Part shown: positions 27,933-36,982 of the stretch, piece after piece | Layout of the letters: every line of letters starts with the position of its first letter | Numbering within the stretch: position 1 is the stretch's first letter | Source of the DNA: Candidatus Gastranaerophilales bacterium | GTDB taxonomy: Bacteria; Cyanobacteriota; Vampirovibrionia; Gastranaerophilales; Gastranaerophilaceae | Reading direction: 5' to 3' | Assembly (NCBI GenBank): GCA_947589525.1 | Contig: CANQAW010000001.1 | Location: forward strand, 1 to 47,142 | Length of the DNA stretch: 47,142 bases | The notes under the pieces: model-generated | What the model saw: only the letters and a program-made list of their open reading frames with translations | Database searches by the model: none | Told to the model about the DNA's origin: nothing | Made by a program: the position numbers and the translations under genes

Positions 27933-29038
27933 CAAATCTTCCTGAACCAAATTTTATAGAAAGAAACCCCGAAATTATCACAAAAGAATGGATTGCTCTT
28001 TATGAAGAAAAAAGTGGCAAAACACTTCAACCTGCTCAAATAGAAAGACTTATGGTTGATGTTGGTGCTTACCGAGAAAGCATTTTAAGGGTTGCAATTC
28101 AAGAAACTGCAAAACAAAATTTGTTAAGCTACGCACCTTTAGATATTCTTGAACATATCGGAGAGCCTTTAGGGGTAAGAAAACTTCTTGCAAACTGTGC
28201 TGTTACTACTCTAAAATTCTTTGTTGATGAACCATTGGATTTTGATTTTGAAATACCCGAATGTTGTGAAGTTGAAACAAAAGACGGCTTATTTGTATTT
28301 CAAACAAATGAAAGTGCAATTCTTCTTGCCGGAGAATATTCAGTATCCGTAAAAGCAACTTGCGAATCTGTTGGCACAACGGCTAATAATTATTCTATTG
28401 GAAGTATAAACAATTTAATTACACCATTAAAGTACATTACAAAAGTTGAGAATATAACAATATCTTCAGGTGGAGCAGATGATGAAAATGCTGACAATTT
28501 AAGAGAAAGAATCAGACAAGCTCCCGAAAAATTTTCAAACGCCGGAAGTCGTGGAGCATATCGCTACCATACATTATCAGCACATCAATCAATAACTGAC
28601 GTTGAAATTTTATCACCATCCCCCGGAGTTGTTAATATTTATCCTTTGACCGAAGACGGAAATCCAACCGAAGAAGTTTTGGAAATTGTTCGCAAATACT
28701 ATGAAAAAGACGGTATTAAACCATTAACCGACTATGTTCAGGTTTTATCTCCCGAAAAAGTTTTATTTTCTATAAACGCTATAATATGGCTTTTTAAAGA
28801 TGCAGACTTTAATTCAGTTCAGACAACAATAAATGCAAAATTAGAAGAATACAAAAAATTATTATCTTCAAAATTAGGAAAATCAGTTATAAGAACTCAA
28901 ATTATTGCAATTTTAAATGGCATTTATGGAGTATTCAAAGTTGATTTACAAACTCCCAACGATATTGAACTTCAAAAATATCAATGGGCGGAATTACAAA
29001 ACTTCAATATAAGAATTGGAGGTTATGCTGATGAATAG
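27929..29038 (+). CDS. baseplate protein gpJ-like
   Basis: 369 aa, position after gpW, ..GGADDENADNLRERI.. motif. Confidence 0.8.
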   Translation: MTNLPEPNFIERNPEIITKEWIALYEEKSGKTLQPAQIERLMVDVGAYRESILRVAIQETAKQNLLSYAPLDILEHIGEPLGVRKLLANCAVTTLKFFVDEPLDFDFEIPECCEVETKDGLFVFQTNESAILLAGEYSVSVKATCESVGTTANNYSIGSINNLITPLKYITKVENITISSGGADDENADNLRERIRQAPEKFSNAGSRGAYRYHTLSAHQSITDVEILSPSPGVVNIYPLTEDGNPTEEVLEIVRKYYEKDGIKPLTDYVQVLSPEKVLFSINAIIWLFKDADFNSVQTTINAKLEEYKKLLSSKLGKSVIRTQIIAILNGIYGVFKVDLQTPNDIELQKYQWAELQNFNIRIGGYADE

Positions 29039-29552
29039 CCTAGCACCAATAAACGACATCAATTTAAAAATATTTGATGAAATCTGTGAAGAACGATTTT
29101 CAAAATTAGATTTAGAATGCATATTGGTTTCAATTATAGATAATGTTCCATCTGATGCATTGCCACATTTAGCAGAACAGTATCACATTACAGGTAACGA
29201 GGGTTGGTTACAGGCAAAAACAGAAGATGAAAAAAGAGCACTAATAAAGAATTCAATAAAATTACACAGATACAAAGGCACAAAATATGGACTTTTAGAA
29301 ACTCTCAAAACTTTAAGTTTAACACCTACAATTAAAGAATGGTTTGAATATGGCGGTGATCCATATCATTTCAGAGTTCAGTTTGATGTTGATACTTTAT
29401 TTGAGGAAACTTTTGAAAATGAAATACTTGATTTAATAAATGAAAATAAAAATGTTCGCTCAGTATTAGAGAGTTTAATTTTCCATTTAATGACAAAGGC
29501 AAAAATCAGATTCACAAGTGCCGTTGTAACTTTTGAGGAGATAATCGTATGA
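29031..29552 (+). CDS. P2 gpI-like tail protein
   Basis: The ATG at 29031 lies 8 nt after GGAGG. ..LPHLAEQYHI.G..GW......EKR.LIKNSI.LHRYKGT.YGL pattern. Confidence 0.7.
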   Translation: MNSLAPINDINLKIFDEICEERFSKLDLECILVSIIDNVPSDALPHLAEQYHITGNEGWLQAKTEDEKRALIKNSIKLHRYKGTKYGLLETLKTLSLTPTIKEWFEYGGDPYHFRVQFDVDTLFEETFENEILDLINENKNVRSVLESLIFHLMTKAKIRFTSAVVTFEEIIV

Positions 29553-30256
29553 GCGAATTTTATTCAATTATTACAAAAAAAGGATTTAAACTTATAACTG
29601 AAGCGATAGCAAATGAAACAAAAATAAATCTTGAATATATTGCTGTTGGGGATTCTAACGGAGCCTATTACGAACCGAATGAGGAACAAACAACTCTTGT
29701 GAATGAAAAATATAGAGCAAGAATTTCCGAAGTAACGGAATTAGTTGCAAAGGCTCAAATACCCAATGACGTGGGCGGGTTTTATATACGAGAAATCGGT
29801 GTTTTAGATAATCAAAACAATTTAATTTTAATTGCAAAACAACCGGAAACATATAAGCCAATAATATCTCAGGGAAGTGCAAAGGAATTATGGATAAAAG
29901 TTATAATTCAGGCAATAAATTCAGAAGTATTGGAATTAAAGGTTGATACAAGTATTCAAACTGCAACTGTGGAATTAGTTGCAAATTTATTAAATTTGCA
30001 TACTCATAACGACCTGATGCCTGTTGCGATTTATGACACAAATTATAACGGCAGAGTTGATACTTGCGATTTTATAGACGGTGGAAAATTTGTCGGTGAT
30101 ATAAACACAAATCCTGATAACTCTATACTTGAAAGACTTGGAAGTTCTCAAAACGGAATTATTATCCCTGAAACAATCATGAACACAAATAAATACGATA
30201 AAAATAATAACGGCATTGTTGATGAGGCTGAAAACATAGATGCCGGTGAATTTTAA
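29549..30256 (+). CDS. tail fibre protein (tail-collar/DUF3751-type N-terminus) with two EF-hand/dockerin-like loops
   Basis: N-terminal ..IITKKGFKLITEAIANETKINLEYIAVGDSNG..LVNEKYRA..GGFYIREIGVLD. C-terminal repeats YDTNYNGRVDTCDFIDGGKF and YDKNNNGIVDEAENIDAGEF. Confidence 0.75.
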   Translation: MSEFYSIITKKGFKLITEAIANETKINLEYIAVGDSNGAYYEPNEEQTTLVNEKYRARISEVTELVAKAQIPNDVGGFYIREIGVLDNQNNLILIAKQPETYKPIISQGSAKELWIKVIIQAINSEVLELKVDTSIQTATVELVANLLNLHTHNDLMPVAIYDTNYNGRVDTCDFIDGGKFVGDINTNPDNSILERLGSSQNGIIIPETIMNTNKYDKNNNGIVDEAENIDAGEF

Positions 30257-30292
30257 TATGTACATTTACTAAACACGAAAGGAAAAACAAAA

Positions 30293-30976
30293 ATGGGCTC
30301 AATCCAACTCAAACGTGGTTTGTCTGCAAACCTACCTCAATCTGCGGCATTGGCAGAAATTCTTTACACAACCGATACAAAAAGAGTTTATGTCGGTAAC
30401 GGAGCAGGACAAGCATTAACCGAAATTTTAAGTTATGAAGAATTGCTTGAAACCTTAAACACATTATCTGAAATCGGTCATACTCACAATTCAAATGATA
30501 TTACTGATTTTGAAACTGCTGTTGAAGACTGTATTTCAACACAAAAGGGTGTTGCAGATGGACTAGCAACATTAGGTGCTAATGGTTTAATTCCAACATC
30601 TCAAATTCCTGCAAACTTTAAAGAAGCGGAAGTTGTACCAAATATTTTGGCTAGAAATGAATTATCTGCATTTACAGGATTACATGCACTTGTATTGGAT
30701 GCGAGTGATGATCCTACAGTTGAAACTGGTGGTGCTGAATATATTTACAATGGCACAACTTGGCTAAAAACATCTGAACTTAATGATTTAGATGCTATTA
30801 TAACTTGGGATAATGTAACAAATAAACCTTATTTTGTACAAAACATCTTGGATCTATCCGATACCCCATCATCTTTTCAAAATCAAGCAGGTAAAGTGCT
30901 TGTTGTAAACGATAATGAAACAGGGTTAGTTTTTACCAATGTTTACACAGGTAATGTTGACGGAGGAACTTTTTAA
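30293..30976 (+). CDS. tail fibre / receptor-binding protein with an Mtd_N/hyaluronidase-type N-terminal motif
   Basis: GSIQLKRGLSANLP..LAEILYTTDTKRVYVGNG; ends ..NVDGGTF. Confidence 0.6.
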   Translation: MGSIQLKRGLSANLPQSAALAEILYTTDTKRVYVGNGAGQALTEILSYEELLETLNTLSEIGHTHNSNDITDFETAVEDCISTQKGVADGLATLGANGLIPTSQIPANFKEAEVVPNILARNELSAFTGLHALVLDASDDPTVETGGAEYIYNGTTWLKTSELNDLDAIITWDNVTNKPYFVQNILDLSDTPSSFQNQAGKVLVVNDNETGLVFTNVYTGNVDGGTF

Positions 30977-31857
30977 TGACTGGAAGTTCTATTCAATTCA
31001 AACGAGGAAATAAAGCAGATTTGCCGAAATCTGCTCCCTCTGGTTCTCCTTTATGGTGTGAAGATACACAAGAACTTTATGTCGGAACTGAAAATGGAGT
31101 TTCCAAAATTGGAGCTGATGATGAAGCGTTAAACAAAAAAGTTTCCAAATCCGGCGATACAATGTCGGGAGATTTAAGTATTACCAAAGTTAATCCTATT
31201 TTATATTTGACAAATAATAACACAGCAAGCGGTTATGCCGGAATAAATATTCAAAACGGTATGTTCAAATATACTGACATTACCGCTCCCGAAGCAAATG
31301 TTTGTCTAAGTAGAATATTATTTCAAGATTCAGACGGTAATTCAACAGGTTGGTTGCAACAATATTTCAATACAAGTAATCAACTTGTAACAAATATTGG
31401 TGTTAGAAGAAATATTGGTTCGGCAAATAAAGATGCAGGAATAAATGTATTTGTAGGCTCTGACGGAACGGCATATACAACTGCCGTTACACCTGCCACT
31501 TCTGCAACAGGAACACATATTGCAACTTGCGGTTGGGTAAAAAGTATTTTAAGTAGTTCAGGTAACGGACTTTCAACTTTTTCAAAAGCCGGAAACGGAT
31601 ATATAAAGTTCAGTAGCGGAATTATACTCCAATGGGGTTCTTTTGCTTCAGGCGGATATAAATCGACAAAAACAATAACTTACCCTACGGCTTTTGGAAC
31701 AACAGCAAGAGTATTTTTTAGTTCAAATTACAAACAAACAAATGGAGATAAAGGTAGTAGTTGTAGCGTTACTGCTATAACAACAACAAATTTCACATAT
31801 TATTCAGGATTTGAACAGTCAAGTCCTACTGTTTATTGGTTTGCCGTTGGTTATTAA
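30976..31857 (+). CDS. tail fibre / receptor-binding protein, second copy of the same N-terminal motif
   Basis: SSIQFKRGNKADLP..LWCEDTQELYVGTENG. The C-terminal ..IILQWGS..ITYPTAFGT....TNF....WFAVGY tip domain resembles the gp53-like fibre tip. Confidence 0.6.
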   Translation: MTGSSIQFKRGNKADLPKSAPSGSPLWCEDTQELYVGTENGVSKIGADDEALNKKVSKSGDTMSGDLSITKVNPILYLTNNNTASGYAGINIQNGMFKYTDITAPEANVCLSRILFQDSDGNSTGWLQQYFNTSNQLVTNIGVRRNIGSANKDAGINVFVGSDGTAYTTAVTPATSATGTHIATCGWVKSILSSSGNGLSTFSKAGNGYIKFSSGIILQWGSFASGGYKSTKTITYPTAFGTTARVFFSSNYKQTNGDKGSSCSVTAITTTNFTYYSGFEQSSPTVYWFAVGY

Positions 31858-31867
31858 GGAGTTTTAT

Positions 31868-32338
31868 ATGAATGAAGAATTTTATGTAGGTCAAATTTTT
31901 GAGGGTGAATATCCCATTGAAGTTTCAGATTGGTGTACTGAAAGCGATAAATACAGTATTGAAGAAATAGACGAAAAAGACGGTAAAAGACGATTCCAAA
32001 TAAAAGAAATTCCGTCATTAACCCCACAGGAAAAAGAACAACAGTTTTTGGAAGACTTCTTTTATATACCTCAAATAGGATATTTCAGAAAAATACCAAA
32101 AGGCTACAACGGATTAGTTGAGGCTATGAATACAACATTTAACTTAGTTTCGTCATTAGGATATTTGCCTGAAAATACTTTGCAATTTTACAGAATACCT
32201 GATTTTACCAATGAGGATCAATGTAGCGAAGAATGGTTAATTGCTAATTCTTTCAAAAATTCGCAAATGACAAAAGAGGATTTTAATAACCTCTACATAA
32301 ATTGTATGACTGCTTGGAACAAGCAAGAACATTTATAA
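31868..32338 (+). CDS. hypothetical protein (possible fibre assembly/accessory protein)
   Basis: The start is moved to the ATG at 31868, after AAGGAG. 156 aa, acidic. The call is by position only. Confidence 0.4.
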   Translation: MNEEFYVGQIFEGEYPIEVSDWCTESDKYSIEEIDEKDGKRRFQIKEIPSLTPQEKEQQFLEDFFYIPQIGYFRKIPKGYNGLVEAMNTTFNLVSSLGYLPENTLQFYRIPDFTNEDQCSEEWLIANSFKNSQMTKEDFNNLYINCMTAWNKQEHL

Positions 32339-32352
32339 AGAAAGGAATTATA

Positions 32353-32862
32353 ATGACATCACTAACTAAAATCTGTCTGCATTGGACAGCAGGAACAAAT
32401 AGTCCAAATTCAACTGATTTAGAACATTATCACTTTTTATTTGATAAAGACGGCAAAGAATACAAAGGCACTTATACCCCACAAGATAATATTAACTGTT
32501 ATGACGGAAAATACGCAGCACATTGCGGTGGTGGGAACACAGGATGCATCGGAGTTTCTTGTTGTGGGATGTATGGTTTTAATTTAAAAGATAAAAAAAC
32601 AAAATATCCTCTCACTCAAAAACAAGTGGAGGCAATGTGTTCCAAAGTTGCAAAGCTATGCAGTTTATATGGAATCACAGTTTCAGAAAAAACTGTTTTT
32701 ACACATTATGAATTCGGTCAATCTCATCCTAAAACTTCAAGTTATGGAAAAATTGATTTCACATATCTTCCGTATTTGCCAAATCTATCAAAAGAGAGAA
32801 TTGGCGATTATTTAAGGAACAAGATTCAATGGTATCAAATTCAACAAAAGAAAGGAAAATAA
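32353..32862 (+). CDS. N-acetylmuramoyl-L-alanine amidase-type endolysin
   Basis: The start is moved to the ATG at 32353. ..ICLHWTAG..HYHFLFDKDG..AAHCGGGNTGCIGVSCCGM.. fits the amidase_2/PGRP pattern. Confidence 0.65.
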   Translation: MTSLTKICLHWTAGTNSPNSTDLEHYHFLFDKDGKEYKGTYTPQDNINCYDGKYAAHCGGGNTGCIGVSCCGMYGFNLKDKKTKYPLTQKQVEAMCSKVAKLCSLYGITVSEKTVFTHYEFGQSHPKTSSYGKIDFTYLPYLPNLSKERIGDYLRNKIQWYQIQQKKGK

Positions 32863-32863
32863 T

Positions 32864-33154
32864 ATGAGTATTTTATCATTTATCAAAAATTGGAAAGACT
32901 TCAGCACTATTTGGGCTATAATTCAACCATTTATTCTAAAACTGATTAAAAAGAAAGTTCCGACAACGATTACAAAACTGTACGAAAATCTTGCAAAATA
33001 CACACAGCCTGCGATTGATAGCTTGTTTAAATTAAAAGGAAAAATCCAAAACTCTCCGAACGAACTTGACGATTATTGTTTTAATCAAGGCGTTAATGCG
33101 ATTGAATCATTTGCAAATTATTTGCTAGAAACAGTTAAGACATTAAGAGCATAA
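32864..33154 (+). CDS. hypothetical protein
   Basis: 96 aa after the endolysin. No clear transmembrane helix, so not called a holin. Confidence 0.4.
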   Translation: MSILSFIKNWKDFSTIWAIIQPFILKLIKKKVPTTITKLYENLAKYTQPAIDSLFKLKGKIQNSPNELDDYCFNQGVNAIESFANYLLETVKTLRA

Positions 33155-33163
33155 GGAGTTTAT

Positions 33164-33784
33164 ATGTATTGGAAAGATATGCTGAATGTGCAAAATGTTG
33201 AAAAAGGTTTTTTCTCCTCCTCTAATCCCTATGGTATCCCTGATTTAAAACCGGATGAGTTTCCCATAAAGGAACTCATCCCCTACAGGGTTGATAAAAA
33301 CAGGAACGGAACGGCACACTTCTTTTTAGATGATTATCGTTTTGAGAGATGTTGGAAAAACGCAGACTCACAGCTTGCAGTTTTAAAACAATACGATGGA
33401 GTGTTATCTCCTGATTTTTCGATGTACACGAATTACCCCGAAGCTTTCCAAATTTGGCAAGTTTATAGGAACAGATGGTGTGCAAGATATTGGCAAGAAA
33501 ACGGAATAAAAGTTATTCCGACAGTCAGTTGGTCCGATGAATCAAGCTACAAATATGCCTTTTTAGGAATTCCAAAACATTCTGTTGTTGCAATTGGAAC
33601 AGTTGGTGTTTTGAATGATAAAAACGCTATAACTCTCTTTATACAAGGCTTTAAAGAAATGTTAAAACAACTTGAACCAAAAGAAATTTTGATTTATGGA
33701 AACAAACTGAGCGAACTTGACGGATATAAAAACCTCCGTTGGTTCGAACCGTACATGAATAAATTTAAGAAAGCGAGGTCATAA
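33164..33784 (+). CDS. DUF4417-like protein
   Basis: ..AHFFLDDYRFERCW..LSPDFSMYTNYP...QIWQVYRNRWCARYWQENGIKVIPTVSW.. matches my memory of the DUF4417 family. Function unknown. Confidence 0.55.
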   Translation: MYWKDMLNVQNVEKGFFSSSNPYGIPDLKPDEFPIKELIPYRVDKNRNGTAHFFLDDYRFERCWKNADSQLAVLKQYDGVLSPDFSMYTNYPEAFQIWQVYRNRWCARYWQENGIKVIPTVSWSDESSYKYAFLGIPKHSVVAIGTVGVLNDKNAITLFIQGFKEMLKQLEPKEILIYGNKLSELDGYKNLRWFEPYMNKFKKARS

Positions 33785-34251
33785 TGGGTGGTCGAGGTTC
33801 AGGTGGTGGCAAAGGTTCAAAAACTTCTTCAAGTAGTGCTCCAATTTCAAAAGGCGAAAAAATCTACCGAGAAAAGGTTTTAAAAAATTCTTACATAGGA
33901 ATGAATGAGTTTAAAGAAGTTAAAGAATACTTAAAAAATAATGCCTCAAAAGAAGAAATTTTAAAAGTTGCAAATCATTATGGAGAACTTTATAAAAATA
34001 AATTTGATATTTCAGGCGATACTGCTGCAATGTATAAAACCTATGAGAATTCTTTAAACACGTTGGCAGTACAAAAAGGAGGTTTTAAAAAAGCTGAAAA
34101 AATAAAATATATTAACGAAAAAGGTGGTTCTAATATTGACGTATCTGACAGTTATTCAAGTAAAGAAATTGATAAAATGTTCAAGCAAGTTGTTAAAGGT
34201 AAAAAGATGAAGAAAATTGGCTACGAATGGGTAGTTGATTATAACAGTTAA
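33784..34251 (+). CDS. hypothetical protein, MGGRGSGGG-headed, copy 1
   Basis: 155 aa. N-terminal MGGRGSGGGKGSKTSSSS, then a Lys-rich helical-looking body. Coupled to the DUF4417 gene by ATAATG. Confidence 0.6.
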   Translation: MGGRGSGGGKGSKTSSSSAPISKGEKIYREKVLKNSYIGMNEFKEVKEYLKNNASKEEILKVANHYGELYKNKFDISGDTAAMYKTYENSLNTLAVQKGGFKKAEKIKYINEKGGSNIDVSDSYSSKEIDKMFKQVVKGKKMKKIGYEWVVDYNS

Positions 34252-34266
34252 GAAAGTGAGGTAATC

Positions 34267-34914
34267 ATGGGTGGTCGTGGTTCAGGTGGTGGTAGAAGCG
34301 GAAAAGCATCTGCCGGTGGTGGAACAATGAAAAAAGATGAATTGATAAATTTATACAATAACATTTCAGGAAATCCGTCATACACGGTTGAAGAGAGAGT
34401 TCGTGCAATGTCATCAATAAAAAAAGAAATTGATAATATTGATGCCAAAGAAAAACCAAAAGAAAAAACAACTCAAGAAAAGAGACTGGAAGCTCTTGCT
34501 AAAGCTCGTGCAAAACGTGCAGAAAACAAAAAGAATGGAATAAAACCCGAAAAGAAAGAAAAAGACCCAAGAAGAACAAAAGCTAAAATGTCTATGGATA
34601 GCACAGTTTCAGACCTTAAATATAATTTGAGGCGAGGAGTTGAATCAGACGGATATATTTCAAATTCTGATTTCAGAGTTGAAGATTACGGAAATTCCGT
34701 CAGCGTTCAAATCAGATATTTAGGGAAGTGGAAAAATCCATCACATGCACGCTATGAGGAAGATTACGATTGGCAGGAACTTCGTTCTTCAAGTGGCAAA
34801 CAGATTGATAAAGTAATAAAGAAAATGTCAAAACAATCAGGCAGAAAAATCACTTGGAGTACAAGCGAAAAGAATTGGATTGATATTGATATTCCAAAAA
34901 TGAAAGGAGACTAA
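34267..34914 (+). CDS. hypothetical protein, MGGRGSGGG-headed, copy 2
   Basis: 215 aa. N-terminal MGGRGSGGGRSGKASAGGG, a highly basic middle (KEKPKEKTTQEKR..KRAENKK) and a distinct C-terminal domain. Confidence 0.6.
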   Translation: MGGRGSGGGRSGKASAGGGTMKKDELINLYNNISGNPSYTVEERVRAMSSIKKEIDNIDAKEKPKEKTTQEKRLEALAKARAKRAENKKNGIKPEKKEKDPRRTKAKMSMDSTVSDLKYNLRRGVESDGYISNSDFRVEDYGNSVSVQIRYLGKWKNPSHARYEEDYDWQELRSSSGKQIDKVIKKMSKQSGRKITWSTSEKNWIDIDIPKMKGD

Positions 34915-34917
34915 TTT

Positions 34918-35514
34918 ATGGGAGGTCGTGGTTCAGGTGGCGGTAAAAGTAGTGGTGGAGGTGGTGCATCTTCTACACCACCAAGATTAGTGAGTGTAAA
35001 TGATTATTATAAAGAAAAATACTCACAAATGAACGATTTGGAATTAAATCGTGCATACGTTAATGCACAAAATTTGATGAAAAAGGAACAAGCAAAAGTT
35101 TTATACGAACAGGAAAAACTTTCAAAAATGATGGAAGAATTTAAAGCATTACCTGCAAATCATCCTGAAGTAAATAAAAAATGGGATGCGATTGATAAAC
35201 AAATGTCAGTATTAAATGATGCTCGTTCAAAATCAAATATTCGTTCACAGGCATATCTATTGGCAGTCAATGAAAAATACAATATCAGAGCAAAATACAA
35301 CTCAAACGATATGAAAAGTATGACTAACGGACAGTTAAACTCTTTTTACAATAAATCATATAAAGAGAGCAGTAAGGCTCGGCAAAAAATCGAAAAAACC
35401 TCCAATCCTAAAACAAAAGCAAAATATCAGAAAATATATGATCAGCATAATAAAAACTTCTTTGCCGCAAACAATGAACGCAACAATCGTGGACTTGATG
35501 GAAAAGATTGGTAA
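34918..35514 (+). CDS. hypothetical protein, MGGRGSGGG-headed, copy 3
   Basis: 198 aa. N-terminal MGGRGSGGGKSSGGGGASS, with a body unrelated by eye to copies 1 and 2. Confidence 0.6.
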   Translation: MGGRGSGGGKSSGGGGASSTPPRLVSVNDYYKEKYSQMNDLELNRAYVNAQNLMKKEQAKVLYEQEKLSKMMEEFKALPANHPEVNKKWDAIDKQMSVLNDARSKSNIRSQAYLLAVNEKYNIRAKYNSNDMKSMTNGQLNSFYNKSYKESSKARQKIEKTSNPKTKAKYQKIYDQHNKNFFAANNERNNRGLDGKDW

Positions 35515-35608
35515 TTGTGTCTGAATGATACGAAATAATCGAAATAGACTTTAAATTCAGCAATAGTCGAGTGATGAATATGACTGTACTTAATTAAAGG
35601 AGGTCAGT
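35515..35608 (+). repeat. intergenic element R copy 1
   Basis: Starts 1 nt after the stop: TTGTGTCTGAATGATACGAAATAATCGAAATAGAC..CAATAGTCGAG... Shares its 5' block with copies 2 and 3. Confidence 0.8.
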
Positions 35609-36427
35609 ATGACAACAATTACACCCGAAGAAGCATTAAAAAGTAAGAAAAACTTTGAAGAGTTTATGACTGATTATTATCCGCCAATTGTAACTTCAAC
35701 ATTAGCAAGTTATCCAAAAGCTGATGGACAAACCGTTGTATCCATTTGTGATTTAACACAGAAAATGGAAACAATGGTTTCGCTCTTGAATGAAATTGAG
35801 AGTTTAAATCTAAATAAAGCTCCGTTTATCGTTTGGTATGTAACTTCAGAGAAAGAAGAATTGGTAACGGCAGCAAAAGCATTAAATCATTTTTCGATTA
35901 AAGGCATTAAAATATTTATTTTTAAAGCCTTTTTGAATGGCGATAAAATGGGCTTTGAATGCCTTTTGAAACCCGAATTAAATGATAAAAAAACTTATAC
36001 AAGAAATGAAAATACCCCTGCGAAAATATTTCAAAAAGAATATTGGGAAAAATATTTCGAGATTTGTGATGAATTACAAAGCGAAATGCAAGTTAATCCA
36101 AAGCCACAACATTTTCAATATTTGCCTATGGGTAAGCGTGGGGTTCAAATAATGCAAACCGTAAATACCAAATTAGGATATGTCGCAACAGAAATTTTTA
36201 TCAATAACGATCAGACAATTTTTGAGAAATTATTGGAACATAAAGTTGAAATTGAAGAGGAACTTGGATTTTTAGAATGGCAACCGATAGAAGATAAGAA
36301 ATCCTCACGCATAAGAAAAACACTCGGAGTAGATATTTTAAAAGAAGGAAATATTGAAAGAGCTGTTAAACTCCAAATCCAAACGGCAGAAGATTTTAAG
36401 AAAGTATTTTCAAAGTATTTAGTATAG
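35609..36427 (+). CDS. hypothetical protein with a DUF4268-like C-terminal half
   Basis: 272 aa. The C-terminal ..YWEKYFEICDEL..QYLPMGKRGV..ATEIFINNDQTIFEKLLEHKVEIEEELGF.LEWQP...KKSSRI resembles DUF4268 from memory. The N-terminal half is not recognised. Confidence 0.4.
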   Translation: MTTITPEEALKSKKNFEEFMTDYYPPIVTSTLASYPKADGQTVVSICDLTQKMETMVSLLNEIESLNLNKAPFIVWYVTSEKEELVTAAKALNHFSIKGIKIFIFKAFLNGDKMGFECLLKPELNDKKTYTRNENTPAKIFQKEYWEKYFEICDELQSEMQVNPKPQHFQYLPMGKRGVQIMQTVNTKLGYVATEIFINNDQTIFEKLLEHKVEIEEELGFLEWQPIEDKKSSRIRKTLGVDILKEGNIERAVKLQIQTAEDFKKVFSKYLV

Positions 36428-36441
36428 AAAAGGCGGTAAAA

Positions 36442-36645
36442 ATGAGAAATATACAATTTTTAAAAGATTTATATCCGGCAGGAACAAGAGTGAAATTAGT
36501 TGAAATGAATGACATACAAGCACCGCCTATCGGGACTTTGGGAACTGTAATGTACGTTGATGACATCGGAACTATTCACATTAAATGGGATAACGGTTCA
36601 ACCCTTGGAGCAGCATATCCCGAAGACAGGGTAACAAAGATTTAA
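36442..36645 (+). CDS. DUF4314-like small protein
   Basis: 67 aa. ..GTRVKLVEMNDIQAPPIGTLGTVMYVDDIGTIHIKWDNGSTLG.. matches my memory of DUF4314. Confidence 0.55.
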   Translation: MRNIQFLKDLYPAGTRVKLVEMNDIQAPPIGTLGTVMYVDDIGTIHIKWDNGSTLGAAYPEDRVTKI

Positions 36646-36745
36646 ATTGTGTCGGAATGATACGAAATAGGTGCAATAGACTTGAATAGTCGCTGCACCT
36701 ATTCGATTAATGTGAATGCTAGTAAGACCAAGAAAGGACAACATT
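36646..36745 (+). repeat. intergenic element R copy 2
   Basis: ATTGTGTCGGAATGATACGAAATAGG.., a 10-bp stem at 36666-36675/36694-36703 with an 18-nt loop, then GATTAATGTGAATGC. Confidence 0.85.
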
Positions 36746-36970
36746 ATGGGCATTTATTTAGAAGAAAAAGAAGAAAAAAATTATCAAGCATTTATGGATG
36801 AATTAGAAAAAATTTCTAAAAAGTATGGCATAGCTTTTGAAGGCTGTGGAGTGTTTGCATTCAGCGATGAAAACGGTTTCAAAAGCATCAAATACCGTAA
36901 GGATTCTTCAAGCGGAGACTTGAGAATCGATGAATTAGTATTTAGTGATGGCACAAAAGCTGACAGATAA
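36746..36970 (+). CDS. hypothetical small protein (74 aa)
   Basis: The start is moved to the ATG at 36746, after GAAAGGA. MGIYLEEKEEKNYQAFMDELEKISKKYGIAFEG... Confidence 0.45.
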   Translation: MGIYLEEKEEKNYQAFMDELEKISKKYGIAFEGCGVFAFSDENGFKSIKYRKDSSSGDLRIDELVFSDGTKADR

Positions 36971-36982
36971 GGAGATATAAAT

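Noticed and set aside
30293-31857. A diversity-generating retroelement, suggested by the Mtd-type N-terminal motif on two fibre proteins.
   Set aside because: No reverse transcriptase gene exists anywhere in the window, and I found no template/variable repeat pair near the fibre 3' ends.
32864-33154. A holin call for the ORF after the endolysin.
   Set aside because: No convincing transmembrane helix is present in the 96-aa product. The 81-aa ORF at 20117 has one, but position alone is not enough to call it a holin.
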